64,000 nt of DNA from Candidatus Sulfomarinibacteraceae bacterium (GCA_963796455.1 CAWCLO010000003.1:128001-192000), one strand, 5' to 3'; counted from the first letter of the stretch, positions 9,187-18,569 are shown. Numbers and translations are program-made. The notes: a model not told the origin generated them from the sequence alone.

Positions 9187-11157
9187 CTATTGTTTCATCG
9201 CTTTGGCGACGGTGGCCCACAATTCGCGGACGGCCTGCCGTGGCAGCCCCGACCCATTGTCGTCGGAATAGAGTTCGCGCTCGGCCTGCCAGGCGAGCTC
9301 GGCTACCGCAGGTCCAGCCGCCGGCCACTGCGATCGGGCACGTCGTGCGATCCACCGAATGGTGGCTCGACCCGGCACCTCGACTCCGCGCCGTTGCAGT
9401 TTTCTGGCAACCCGCGCAACCGCACGAGCCGCCGGCGGGCCGACATAGCGAGCCCGAAGCCCGCGCCCGATTTTCCGACGGACGATCCAGAAGAACGCGG
9501 CACTCAACACCACGAGCGCCGCCAGCCACAGCAGGCGGCGCCATTCGAGATGCCGCACCATAAACGCCATCCCGTCTGCCGCAGCCGTCAACAACTGGAT
9601 CTGTTCGCCGAGCCCGAAAGTGAGGACATAGCGGTCCCAGCTCGATTGCACCCAGTCCCAGGCCATCCGAACCCGCTCCCGCCCCCGCGGCCTGACCAGA
9701 GCGGGCACTGCGCCTTCCGGTGTCGGGTCATACTGGATCCAGGACTTTCCAGCCCCCACCCTCGCCTCGACCCAGGCATGGGCGTTGGCTTCGCGGACGG
9801 TCGCCCCGTCGCCGGAGGAGGAGAGATCACCGCCACTGTATCCAGTCACCATTCGCGCCGGGATACCGATGCCATCGAGCATGGCGACCATCGCACCGGC
9901 AAAATACTCGCAGTGACCCGTTCGCTCCTCGAGGAGAAACCACGCCACCGGGTCGGCGCGGATATGGTTCATCCCATTGAGCGAATAACCGAAATTCAGT
10001 TGCAGATAACTTTCAATGGCTGCGGCCTTTTCGCGATCGGTCCTGAGACCCGCAACCACCTCCTCGGTGATCCGTCGAACCTCGGGGTGAAGTTCGAAGC
10101 GGGGAGGACCGGTTCGTGCCGGGTCCTTCCGGGTTGGGAATTGATCCCGCGCGACCCATACTCGATACACCATCGGCCCACGCACCCTTTGTGACAGAAC
10201 CACTCCGCCAGACGGATCGGTGAGCACGGGAACCGGCGCCGCCAGGGCGATGGTGCCCTCGGGCAGGAAGAGATATCGCCTGGGACGGAGAAGCTCGAGT
10301 TCGAGCTCCGCAGCGCCATCCAGTCGATACTCGACTCCGAGGGGCCAGACCAACCCCCCGCGGCGGACTGGAGAGAGAATAGCCCCCCGCGGAGCCCAGG
10401 AATTGTTGGTCACCCTTTCGAGTGAGGCCGCACGGAGCCGCATCCATCGGTCATCGAGTTCCCCATCGCTGATCATGCGCACCAGAATGGCCGCCTCGTG
10501 CGACTCTCTGATGGCGCCGACCCCTGCAAGATCGACGTGGCTCGAGAAACCGGTCACGCTCGAAGCACCCCCACGACCCGCGACCCACGGCGATCGCAGC
10601 CTGGGCAGGGCCAGGAAAATCGGCACTGAGAGCAATAACGCCACCATGGCGGCCGACACGACGTGGCGCGGCCGTGGCAACATCACCCGGTCGAGCGCCG
10701 GAGCGCCCTCGATCCCCGCGAGGTGGGTCCTCATGCCGACAAACCACCAGAGCACCGCTGAAAGCGTGAAATAGATGACGACCACCACGTGGGTCGAGGA
10801 CGTGAGCGCCACGACCCAGACGAGAAAGGTCGGTAACAGGGCCCCAAAGAAGGTTCGCCGGTCACTGACGACTATGGCCCGAACCGAGGTCAGGAGCAAC
10901 AGAAGATGACCGAGCGGTCGCAACGGACCCACCCGCAGTCCGCCCGCGGCAAAGACCGCCACGATAATGCCGATTCCAATCAAGTTGAGAGCCCAGGTCG
11001 GGAGCCGAATTCTGATCGCCGGCCAGAGCGTCAGGAGAGCACCCACGCACATCGCCATCACCCAGAACGGCGGCAATATGATGTACAAAAGTGGCAGCGG
11101 TGCCAAAGCCCACAAAAGCACGATCCCGAGCAGGCGGCGATAGGATTGGGCGCTCAC
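9187..11157 (-). CDS. Membrane transglutaminase-like protein (DUF3488/TgpA type)
   Basis: N-terminal TM block; GHCEYFA, AHAWVE, YDPTP catalytic triad motifs. Confidence 0.9.
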   Translation of the reverse strand: MSAQSYRRLLGIVLLWALAPLPLLYIILPPFWVMAMCVGALLTLWPAIRIRLPTWALNLIGIGIIVAVFAAGGLRVGPLRPLGHLLLLLTSVRAIVVSDRRTFFGALLPTFLVWVVALTSSTHVVVVIYFTLSAVLWWFVGMRTHLAGIEGAPALDRVMLPRPRHVVSAAMVALLLSVPIFLALPRLRSPWVAGRGGASSVTGFSSHVDLAGVGAIRESHEAAILVRMISDGELDDRWMRLRAASLERVTNNSWAPRGAILSPVRRGGLVWPLGVEYRLDGAAELELELLRPRRYLFLPEGTIALAAPVPVLTDPSGGVVLSQRVRGPMVYRVWVARDQFPTRKDPARTGPPRFELHPEVRRITEEVVAGLRTDREKAAAIESYLQLNFGYSLNGMNHIRADPVAWFLLEERTGHCEYFAGAMVAMLDGIGIPARMVTGYSGGDLSSSGDGATVREANAHAWVEARVGAGKSWIQYDPTPEGAVPALVRPRGRERVRMAWDWVQSSWDRYVLTFGLGEQIQLLTAAADGMAFMVRHLEWRRLLWLAALVVLSAAFFWIVRRKIGRGLRARYVGPPAARAVARVARKLQRRGVEVPGRATIRWIARRARSQWPAAGPAVAELAWQAERELYSDDNGSGLPRQAVRELWATVAKAMKQ

Positions 11158-12161
11158 CGATGAACCGTTCTTCGTGACGAGAACACGACCGTCCGTTCGG
11201 CGGCGACCTCGGCCGGATCTGCCGCGCTCATGGGCAGCGCTTCGACCTCAGCCAGCGGCCGTAAAAGGGCCGGCGCCCTGCGCGAAGACCTGACCGGTTT
11301 GACCACGATGGGGCCGACAACGACTCCAACCATGGCTCCCTCCCTCAAACGCTGCACGATTCCGGTAGCCACTTCGGAAATCATCCGTTCGAGACGTTCC
11401 AATTGCCGCGGATCGGAGGGGTCCTCGAGTCTTGGATCGAGAACGAAGTAGACCGGTTTTTCCGCTGAGCGTTGCCGTTCAACGACGACCAGCCGCTGTT
11501 GTCTGGCGGTCTGCTTCCAGTGCACCGCTCGCACGTCGTCACCCTCTCTGAAATCTCTCAGCTGGGTGACCTCCCCTTCTCGTCCCCTCGATTCGAGGGC
11601 GTCGGGTGCGCGCCGGCCGCCGCCGCGGCGAACCGCCAGCGCAGAGGTCGGCAACAAACGTGGGTAGACCAGCACCCGGCTGTTCGACGCGAGGGCCTTC
11701 GATTTGAGGAAGAACCCGAGTGGCAGGAGCACATCGAGCCGCCACGGTCCCAACTCGTGCCAGCCCCGGCTGTCCATCACGATCTCGATCGAGTGCCGAC
11801 AGCGGCTTCTCGCATTCAACAGCGACTCGATGATGACAGCGTCTCCACGTCCATCGCGAACCACGAGGCCGTAAGCCGGAAAATGCCCGGACGTGTTGTG
11901 GAGTTGAAAATCGACCATCGCCGGCCGACCCGCATAGATCTCAGGGGGCATTTCGATCTCGGCTTCGATCGCTCCAAGGACCTGGCGCGACCATGCGCCC
12001 GCGACCACGTAGCTTCCCAGGGACAGACCGAGCAGTGCCATGAGCGCGTTGTTTCCGGTGTTGACCGCGGCCATACCGAGCACCACGCACGCCACCAGAT
12101 AGCCAAAGCCCCAGCGCGTGAGACGAAGACGGAAATCGGGGAAAGATTGGGCCCAGCTCAT
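11154..12161 (-). CDS. DUF58 domain protein
   Basis: AAVNTGNN, LVYPR, LRDFREGDDVRAVHWKQTAR; lies between MoxR and the transglutaminase. Confidence 0.9.
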   Translation of the reverse strand: MSWAQSFPDFRLRLTRWGFGYLVACVVLGMAAVNTGNNALMALLGLSLGSYVVAGAWSRQVLGAIEAEIEMPPEIYAGRPAMVDFQLHNTSGHFPAYGLVVRDGRGDAVIIESLLNARSRCRHSIEIVMDSRGWHELGPWRLDVLLPLGFFLKSKALASNSRVLVYPRLLPTSALAVRRGGGRRAPDALESRGREGEVTQLRDFREGDDVRAVHWKQTARQQRLVVVERQRSAEKPVYFVLDPRLEDPSDPRQLERLERMISEVATGIVQRLREGAMVGVVVGPIVVKPVRSSRRAPALLRPLAEVEALPMSAADPAEVAAERTVVFSSRRTVHR

Positions 12162-12165
12162 CGCA

Positions 12166-12313
12166 GAATTTCGAATTTGGAAATTGGGATTTGGGATTTT
12201 CCGCTTGCCTCAGCCGCTGATTCAGAGAAAGGCTGTCGAGACGGGGCGCCCGCCGCAACCCACAAGACTTCCGATCTACCAAATCCGAAATCCGAAATCC
12301 GAAGTCCGAAATC
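12166..12313. repeat. Inverted pair of heptamer arrays (ATTTGGG/ATTTCGA) ... (AAATCCG)n
   Basis: 12166-12200 versus 12281-12313 AAATCCGAAATCCGAAATCCGAAGTCCGAAATC. Confidence 0.85.
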
Positions 12314-12324
12314 AGGGCGTCGGG

Positions 12325-13284
12325 TCATCTTGGGACCGGAACCGACTCCAGGACCGAGCGAACGACGGCGCGTTCGGCGCGGCTCCTCTCCCACCCGTCT
12401 CCGACCACCGGATCGGCATGCAAAAGGCGGTGGGCAAGTACCGACTCCGCTGTGTCCTGGAGGTCATCCGGCAACACGAAGGCCCTTCCTCTGACCAGAG
12501 CCAATGCCTGAGCCGACCGCTGCCACGCGAGGCAGCCGCGGGTCGACACTCCGAGCGCGAGAGCATCATGGGAACGGGTGGCCTCGACCACATCGAGGAG
12601 ATATGCAAGCAGATTGTCTGCGACGTGGACTTCGGTGACCAGACCCTGCATCTCGATCACCTCGCGGGCGTTGACCACCGGTTCGAGTTGTTCGAGTTGG
12701 GGCTCCGCTCCGCTGGTCTTGAGCAGATCGAGTTCTTCGTCACGCCCCGGATAGCCCATCGAAAGCCGCATGAGAAAGCGGTCGAGTTGCGACTCGGGCA
12801 ATGGATAGGTCCCGGTGCTCTCGACCGGATTCTGCGTCGCGACGACAAAAAACGGTTCGGCGAGGAGGTGGCGGGTCTTTTCAACCGTCACGGCATGTTC
12901 ACTCATTGCCTCGAGCAGGGCCGACTGGGTGCGGGGGGCCGCGCGATTGATTTCATCAGCGAGCACGACATTGGCAAAAATCGGCCCTTGAAGAAACTCG
13001 AAGACCTCCTGCTCCTGGCGATAGACCGAAATGCCGATGATGTCTGACGGCAGCGTGTCCGAGGTGAACTGGATGCGGTGAAAATCGAGATCCAAGGACC
13101 GCGCCAGGGCCTGTGCGAGGGTCGTTTTCCCGACTCCCGGCACGTCCTCGAGCAGGACGTGGCCGCGCGCCAGAAGGGCGGCGATCAGAGCATCGACGAT
13201 CTCCGTCTTACCGCGAATCACCCGGACGACGGATGCATGCAGACGTTCCAGACGTTTCAAAACGGTGTCCGACACTGGATTCAT
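12325..13284 (-). CDS. MoxR-family AAA+ ATPase
   Basis: LLEDVPGVGKTT, RIQFTSD, LADEINRA, ATQNP, LPESQLDRF. Confidence 0.95.
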   Translation of the reverse strand: MNPVSDTVLKRLERLHASVVRVIRGKTEIVDALIAALLARGHVLLEDVPGVGKTTLAQALARSLDLDFHRIQFTSDTLPSDIIGISVYRQEQEVFEFLQGPIFANVVLADEINRAAPRTQSALLEAMSEHAVTVEKTRHLLAEPFFVVATQNPVESTGTYPLPESQLDRFLMRLSMGYPGRDEELDLLKTSGAEPQLEQLEPVVNAREVIEMQGLVTEVHVADNLLAYLLDVVEATRSHDALALGVSTRGCLAWQRSAQALALVRGRAFVLPDDLQDTAESVLAHRLLHADPVVGDGWERSRAERAVVRSVLESVPVPR

Positions 13285-13369
13285 GGAATCTCCTCGTGGG
13301 AGGGGCATCCGAGACGCCCTTCTTACCAGTATACGGAAGCGGGAACATAGCGTTGCCGCTTGATTCGCC

Positions 13370-13870
13370 CGAGAGGGAAAGGGGGAATCGCACAGTCGCT
13401 CGATTCTCGATTCTCGATACTAGATGCTGGACGCTGGATGCTGGATGCTGGATGCTGGACTACTCTTGTCCAAGACGGTGTCTCGGAGAGCTTTCAGGGA
13501 CAGCGACGGGGAACAGGAGTCAGCGGCAGCGACCAGCGGCTGGGACAGTGAACAGCACCCATAGCTTCGGGGCTCCGACCTTGGTGGTGCGGCCGTCGCG
13601 GCCGCACGGTGTGCAGGCGAGACGCCTACACCACAACGACTGTTCCTTCCGTTGAACAACCCGGAGGTGGCCACGCCGTCACTGCACCTGGCCGCTGCCG
13701 CTGAACACTGATCGCGGTTCCCTGTCGCTGATCTCTGCCGCTGACGCTGGATACTGTCGCTGCCGCTGTGATTCCCGTTCATGTTTCCGAAAGGAGGAAG
13801 GGAAAACAACTCCCTTGCCGGCCGAAGGCTCAATCCCCCTTCTCCCTTTCCCCCCCTTCTCCCTTTCTCC
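13370..13870. mobile_element. Family 1 repeat-bounded element, gene-less copy A with a REP doublet in the core, nested in GCTGGAT heptamer and AAAGGGRG octamer layers
   Basis: End motif ACTCTTGTCCAAGACGGTGTCTC at ~13462; CAGCGA-rich left arm and TCGCTG-rich right arm; retains TTGAACAACCCGGAGGTGGCCAC (13652); REP doublet 13584-13633. Confidence 0.7.
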
Positions 13871-13922
13871 TCGCCCCAACACTCGAAGCGGCAATGTGGC
13901 ATTTCGGGGGTACGATATCCCC

Positions 13923-14816
13923 ATGACCCGCGGAATTGACGACCACATGCACGAATTCCTCGCCCATCTGTCGATCGAGAGGAATCTCAGCCCGCGAACC
14001 ATCGAGTCCTACCGCCGCGATCTCCGCCAATTCAGCAAATGGCTCGCAGATCACGGCACGGAGCTGGCCGCGGTCGAACGTGCCACTCTCCGCGACTACC
14101 TCGGTTCACGACGGGATGCCGGTCTTTCGGCACGATCATCGGCACGCGCCCTGTCGGCTCTGCGCAGCTTTTTCAAATACCTCGTACTGACCGAGGACTT
14201 GAGCTCCGACCCCACCACCAACCTGCGATCTCCGAGCCTGTGGCAGACCGTCCCGCACGCCCTCTCCTCGGACGAGATCGAGACGCTCCTGGCCGCGCCG
14301 AATACCAAAAGTACCCTCGGCATGCGCGATCGGGCGATGCTGGAAACCTTGTATGCAACCGGTCTCAGGGTGTCGGAACTGGTCGGCCTCACCGTGGACC
14401 GGGTTCGCCTCGATCCCGGTTTTGTTCGAATCATCGGTAAAGGCCGCAAGGAACGCCTGGTGCCGCTCGGGGAATCGGCGGTTTCCTGGATCGACCGTTA
14501 TCAGGTGGGGGCGCGACCCGAATTGAATCGGAAGCGCCTCCCGGTTCTTTTCTTGAACCACCGCGGCGGCGGGCTCACCCGGCAGGGTTTCTGGAAAATC
14601 CTGCGCGGCCACGCGATCACCGCGGGGATCTCGTCGAATGTGAGCCCCCACGTGGTCCGCCATTCATTCGCGACCCACCTGGTGGAAAACGGCGCCGATC
14701 TGCGCGCCGTCCAGATGATGCTCGGACACTCGTCACTCACCACCACCGAGATCTACACCCATGTCGCGCGCGAACGGCTTCGTCGTCTTTACGACGAGAA
14801 GCATCCGCGGGCATAG
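13923..14816 (+). CDS. xerD: Site-specific tyrosine recombinase XerD
   Basis: RDRAMLETLYATGLRVSEL, GKGRKERLVP, SPHVVRHSFATHL, LGHSSLTTTEIYTHV, C-terminal HPRA. Confidence 0.95.
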   Translation: MTRGIDDHMHEFLAHLSIERNLSPRTIESYRRDLRQFSKWLADHGTELAAVERATLRDYLGSRRDAGLSARSSARALSALRSFFKYLVLTEDLSSDPTTNLRSPSLWQTVPHALSSDEIETLLAAPNTKSTLGMRDRAMLETLYATGLRVSELVGLTVDRVRLDPGFVRIIGKGRKERLVPLGESAVSWIDRYQVGARPELNRKRLPVLFLNHRGGGLTRQGFWKILRGHAITAGISSNVSPHVVRHSFATHLVENGADLRAVQMMLGHSSLTTTEIYTHVARERLRRLYDEKHPRA

Positions 14817-14831
14817 CGGGAGGTCGGAAGC

Positions 14832-15575
14832 ATGGTTTTCGGATTTCAGGTTTTCCCCAGAATCTTTGGAACGGACTGCGACGGTTGGAAATCCGAAATC
14901 CGAAATCCGAAATCCGAATTCGCGTTCCTCATGATCTTGATCCTTGGCATGGCTTTTTTCCCCACTTCGGCTGACGCCAAGCTGGTTATCTTCACCGACG
15001 GCAGGGTCCTCAAGGTGGCCGACGCCCGGCTCGACGGGGCGGAACTCGTGCTCGAGTTGCGCGGTGGTGGAAGCCTCAGCGTTTCCGCGGTCCGGGTCGA
15101 TCGGGTGATCGCGGACGAGGTCGATGACAAATCGATCGACCCCTTCGAAGATCCCTCATGCCGTCACGGCTGGCGCGATGACCCCCTTCCGCCGGGTCTC
15201 CCCTTTCGCGATTCCATGACGAGAGCCGCACGGGCCGCCGGTCTCAACCCATATCTGGTGGCCGCGGTGGTCAGAACCGAATCAGCCTTCGATCCCCTCG
15301 CCGTGTCAAAAGCGGGTGCAGCGGGTCTCATGCAATTGATGCCCGCTGCAGCAGCCGATCGTGAGGTCGAGGATGTCTTTGATCCCGAAGACAACCTCCG
15401 CGGCGGCGCCGAACATCTCCGCTTGATGATCGATCGTTTCGAGTCGCTCACCCTCGCCCTGGCCGCGTACAACGCCGGTGCCACGACGGTTGAACGTTAT
15501 GGCGATATTCCTCCCTATCGCGAGACGAGGAACTACGTGCGGAAGGTGCTGGCTCTCTTCTGTCCCGAGGGATAA
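14832..15575 (+). CDS. Lytic transglycosylase (SLT domain)
   Basis: AVVRTESAF, SKAGAAGLMQLMP, ALAAYNAG, PPYRETRNYV; SD GGGAGGT before ATG 14832 (alternative start 14931). Confidence 0.9.
   Translation: MVFGFQVFPRIFGTDCDGWKSEIRNPKSEFAFLMILILGMAFFPTSADAKLVIFTDGRVLKVADARLDGAELVLELRGGGSLSVSAVRVDRVIADEVDDKSIDPFEDPSCRHGWRDDPLPPGLPFRDSMTRAARAAGLNPYLVAAVVRTESAFDPLAVSKAGAAGLMQLMPAAAADREVEDVFDPEDNLRGGAEHLRLMIDRFESLTLALAAYNAGATTVERYGDIPPYRETRNYVRKVLALFCPEG
14835..14921. repeat. Inverted heptamer cassette inside the 5' end of the SLT gene
   Basis: GTTTTCGGATTTCAGGTTTTCC ... GGAAATCCGAAATCCGAAATCCGAAATCCGAATTC. Confidence 0.8.
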
Positions 15576-15584
15576 AAAAGCGAG

Positions 15585-16150
15585 CCTGGATGCTGGATCA
15601 CTTTTGTCCAAGACAGAGTCTCGGATTGCGTACAGGGACAGCGACAGAATTCAGCGCCAGCGAACAGTCACCAGCGGCAGTGTTCAGTCATCAGCGTCAG
15701 CGATCAGCGACCGGGGCAGGGACTGAACTCGCCGAACGGATGGCCTGATCGGCTATCGACTTCAGCGGAGCGGGAACTCTCATCACGAGTTTGATCGCGA
15801 TGCCTGCTGCTTCGAGGGCTTTCGAGTGGGCAATGAGACTGGTGTTCGTGGCGGCTGAGGACATGGTCACCTCCGGGTCGTTCATGCCCATACCCACAAG
15901 CCGGTGTGGTGGCCGATGTCAAGGATGCCCTGCACCCTGCCTGTCCTTGACATCGGCCGCCCACCGGCTACCCCTTCTGTTGAACGACCCGGAGGTGGCC
16001 ACTTCGTCGCCTGCTCCTGACCGCTGCGCTCTCTCCGTCGCTGAACACTGACCGCTGTCCCTGTTCGCTGATTCCTGTCGCTGTCGCTGGACACTGTCGC
16101 TGTCGCTAGAATTCGGACACGGACGCGGACACGCGCACGGGGCAACCGCA
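15585..16150 (-). mobile_element. Family 1 element copy B carrying a truncated four-helix-bundle gene
   Basis: End motif ACTTTTGTCCAAGACAGAGTCTC at ~15600; CAGCGA/TCGCTG arms; leader hairpin 15864-16001. Confidence 0.75.
15716..15864 (-). pseudogene. Four-helix-bundle protein, 3'-truncated (first ~50 codons)
   Basis: MSSAATNTSLIAHSKALEAAGIAIKLVMRVPAPLKSIADQAIRSASSVPA matches the full copies, then runs into the repeat arm. Confidence 0.85.
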
Positions 16151-16207
16151 ATTCAGGCACTGGAAATAGGATTCGTGGCTGGTACACTTCGCCCGAGGAG
16201 ACGGACC

Positions 16208-16663
16208 ATGAAAAATCGAAACGCGGCGCTCGTGCTTTGCGTGATGTTCGCAACTCTGACCCTTGTATCCGGCTGCGGTGAGAAAGAGACGCCCGAACAG
16301 CGCGTCGAACGAATGCGCTACAACCACGAGATCTACCCGGTTGCCGCCAAAACGCTCTATGACGCCGACGGCCAGCCAACTCTCCTGGTCGATCTTCAGG
16401 TCGCGAATCAGGGTGGCGAGCCGCTGGCGAACCTGACGGTCCTGGTCACGATTCTGGGGCCTGACGGCTCGCAGAAACACCAACAACGGGTGACACTCGA
16501 CATGGAGGGCGTCCGGCCTGGAATCGGAGCCCGGGTTTCGGCTGCGCTACAAGGTGTGGAGCTGCTCGACGACGACGAGGTGACCGTCGAGCTCGAACAC
16601 AGCCTTTCCCCCGAAGTCCTTCGTGGGCTGCCGGAATTTGCGGAGGTGTCGGGTTCTAGTTGA
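16208..16663 (+). CDS. Putative lipoprotein
   Basis: GAGGAG SD; signal peptide with lipobox LVSG-C. Confidence 0.8.
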   Translation: MKNRNAALVLCVMFATLTLVSGCGEKETPEQRVERMRYNHEIYPVAAKTLYDADGQPTLLVDLQVANQGGEPLANLTVLVTILGPDGSQKHQQRVTLDMEGVRPGIGARVSAALQGVELLDDDEVTVELEHSLSPEVLRGLPEFAEVSGSS

Positions 16664-16937
16664 TCGGCCCTGAGGGGAGTTCGGAAAGGCCGAAGCGTTC
16701 CATCAGAATGCTCCGCATACAGGGAAGGACGTCGGTTTCAAACACTGCCACCGCGTCCGGTGCGAGCCGCTCAACGGCCTTGTGGGTCGCCTCGATCAGA
16801 CGGAGGCCTTCGCAAAGCCGGAGATCGGGATCTTCCCGCAGCGTATTACAGGTAACATCGAGCATGAGCTCGCACCGTGCATCGACAAGCGATCGGAATT
16901 CGTCAGTGATCATTCTCAAAGCGTCCATCTCCGTCAA
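16656..16937 (-). CDS. Hypothetical protein (~90 aa, helical)
   Basis: Fills the gap between the lipoprotein gene and suhB with protein-like composition; start uncertain (16928 or 16937). Confidence 0.6.
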   Translation of the reverse strand: MTEMDALRMITDEFRSLVDARCELMLDVTCNTLREDPDLRLCEGLRLIEATHKAVERLAPDAVAVFETDVLPCMRSILMERFGLSELPSGPIN

Positions 16938-16939
16938 CC

Positions 16940-17764
16940 ATGGAGCCCAGCGTGCTATTTCAAGATCCTGAATCCTTCTTAAACGAGATCCAACGCATCG
17001 CCGAGCTCGGCGCCGACCAATTGATGGTCCACTGGCGCAACCTCACGCCGGACCAGATCAGCCACAAAGCACGAAACGATCTGGTCTCAGCCGCCGATTT
17101 CGCTTCGGAGCAGGCGATCGTCAACGCCATCCAAAAACAATTTCCCGATCACAATATTCTCTCCGAAGAAGCGGGTTGGAACGCCAGTTCGGAAAACGGC
17201 CCGACATGGATCATCGATCCTCTCGACGGAACCACCAATTTCGTTCAGGGCATCCCTCAGTTCGCGGTCTCCGTCGGCGTGGCGGTCAACGGTCGGGTCG
17301 ATTTCGGTGTGATCATCGATCCGTGTAAAAAAGACACTTTTGCGGCGGCCCGCGGTCTCGGTTTCCACTGGAATGGAAAGCGCTGCACGGTCAGCAGCCG
17401 CGCCGGTCTCGAAGGGGCGGTTCTCGCAACCGGCTTTCCATTCAAGGCACACCGGCTCCTCGACCCCTATCTGGATATTTTCCGAGACGTATTTCTCCGT
17501 TGCAAGGCAATCCGGCGCCCCGGTGCGGCCGCCCTTGACCTCGCCTATACGGCCTGCGGGCTCTTTGACGGCTTCTTCGAATTCAAGCTCTCGGCCTGGG
17601 ACATCGCCGCCGGCGCGATCATGATCGAGGAGGCCGGTGGCATCATCAGCGATATGGCGGTCGGCGGCGATTTCATGGCGAGCGGTGATGTTGTGTGCGG
17701 TTCTCCCGGGGTATATCGCCAACTGCACGAGGTCATCAGCACCCACGTCGAGAAGTGGCAGTAA
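16940..17764 (+). CDS. suhB: Inositol monophosphatase family protein
   Basis: WIIDPLDGTTNFVQG, RRPGAAALDL, WDIAAG. Confidence 0.93.
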   Translation: MEPSVLFQDPESFLNEIQRIAELGADQLMVHWRNLTPDQISHKARNDLVSAADFASEQAIVNAIQKQFPDHNILSEEAGWNASSENGPTWIIDPLDGTTNFVQGIPQFAVSVGVAVNGRVDFGVIIDPCKKDTFAAARGLGFHWNGKRCTVSSRAGLEGAVLATGFPFKAHRLLDPYLDIFRDVFLRCKAIRRPGAAALDLAYTACGLFDGFFEFKLSAWDIAAGAIMIEEAGGIISDMAVGGDFMASGDVVCGSPGVYRQLHEVISTHVEKWQ

Positions 17765-17872
17765 CCCAAGAAACCCTTCGGACATTGGCCGTTCTCGAGC
17801 TCTGCACCTCCTGGATTCGAGCAATATCGAGAAGCCCGGACAAAAGGTGTTGTGCATCACTGTTAAAGTATT

Positions 17873-18394
17873 GTGAATGCTGCGCGCCAAGCTATACTTC
17901 AGCCCGTGACCGAAGCCAAACTCAGCCACGGAGCCATGCGCGACAAAGTCCAAGAGGCTATTTCCTGGACGCGCAAAAGCGAATACGATCACGCCATCGG
18001 CGTTTTCGAGGACTACCTGGCGATCCTGGCATCCGATGGTGATCTCCAGAGCAAACGCTTTGCGGCGGCCGCATTCTCCTACTATGGCCTCTGTATGGCC
18101 ATGGTCCGGCATAAGTACGCTGACGCCATCAAGTACTGCAACATATCGCTCAAAGCCAACTTCATGGAGCCGGAACACCGCATCAACCTGGCCCTCGTCT
18201 ACCTCGAGCGCGACGACCGCAAGAACGCTGTCGAAAACCTCGAGGCCGGCCTCCGCTTGGCGCCCTCGAACAAGCGCATCCACTCGATCTTCGCCGATAT
18301 CGGGCGCCGCAAAGCGGTCACCTTCACCTTCCTGTCCCGAAGGAATCCCATCAACGTCTGGTTCGGTAAACTGCGCGAACCAAAACCCGAGTGA
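17873..18394 (+). CDS. TPR-containing protein
   Basis: TPR-like helices (FSYYGLCMA, INLALVYL, LEAGLRLAP); start uncertain. Confidence 0.75.
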   Translation: MNAARQAILQPVTEAKLSHGAMRDKVQEAISWTRKSEYDHAIGVFEDYLAILASDGDLQSKRFAAAAFSYYGLCMAMVRHKYADAIKYCNISLKANFMEPEHRINLALVYLERDDRKNAVENLEAGLRLAPSNKRIHSIFADIGRRKAVTFTFLSRRNPINVWFGKLREPKPE

Positions 18395-18446
18395 ACTCGA
18401 GTTGAGACCTTGATCGCAAGATCAACCGAGAACCTACAATTGCCTC

Positions 18447-18475
18447 TTGCCAGCAGGTCGATCGGGGTTTATCCT
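18447..18475 (+). promoter_or_regulatory. Sigma70-type promoter of nifJ
   Basis: TTGCCA (18447-52), 17-nt spacer, TATCCT (18470-75). Confidence 0.65.
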
Positions 18476-18480
18476 ACGCA

Positions 18481-18498
18481 TTGTGAATTTGTTCACGT
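18481..18498. promoter_or_regulatory. Rex-like operator
   Basis: TTGTGAA-TTTG-TTCACGT versus the Rex consensus TTGTGAA-N4-TTCACAA, over the predicted transcription start. Confidence 0.6.
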
Positions 18499-18569
18499 AA
18501 TCTGAGATTGCGTGTCCGCTGCACCGAGTGATCTTAAGCCGCCCGCGAGACATTCCCCGGAGGTTATCC

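Noticed and set aside
13923..14816. XerD as the integrase of the neighbouring elements
   Set aside because: It looks like a canonical housekeeping XerD, and the elements are equally common far from it
15911..15975. TTGACA in both arms of the inner stem as divergent sigma70 promoters
   Set aside because: No convincing -10 hexamer at 16-18 nt on either strand; not called as promoters
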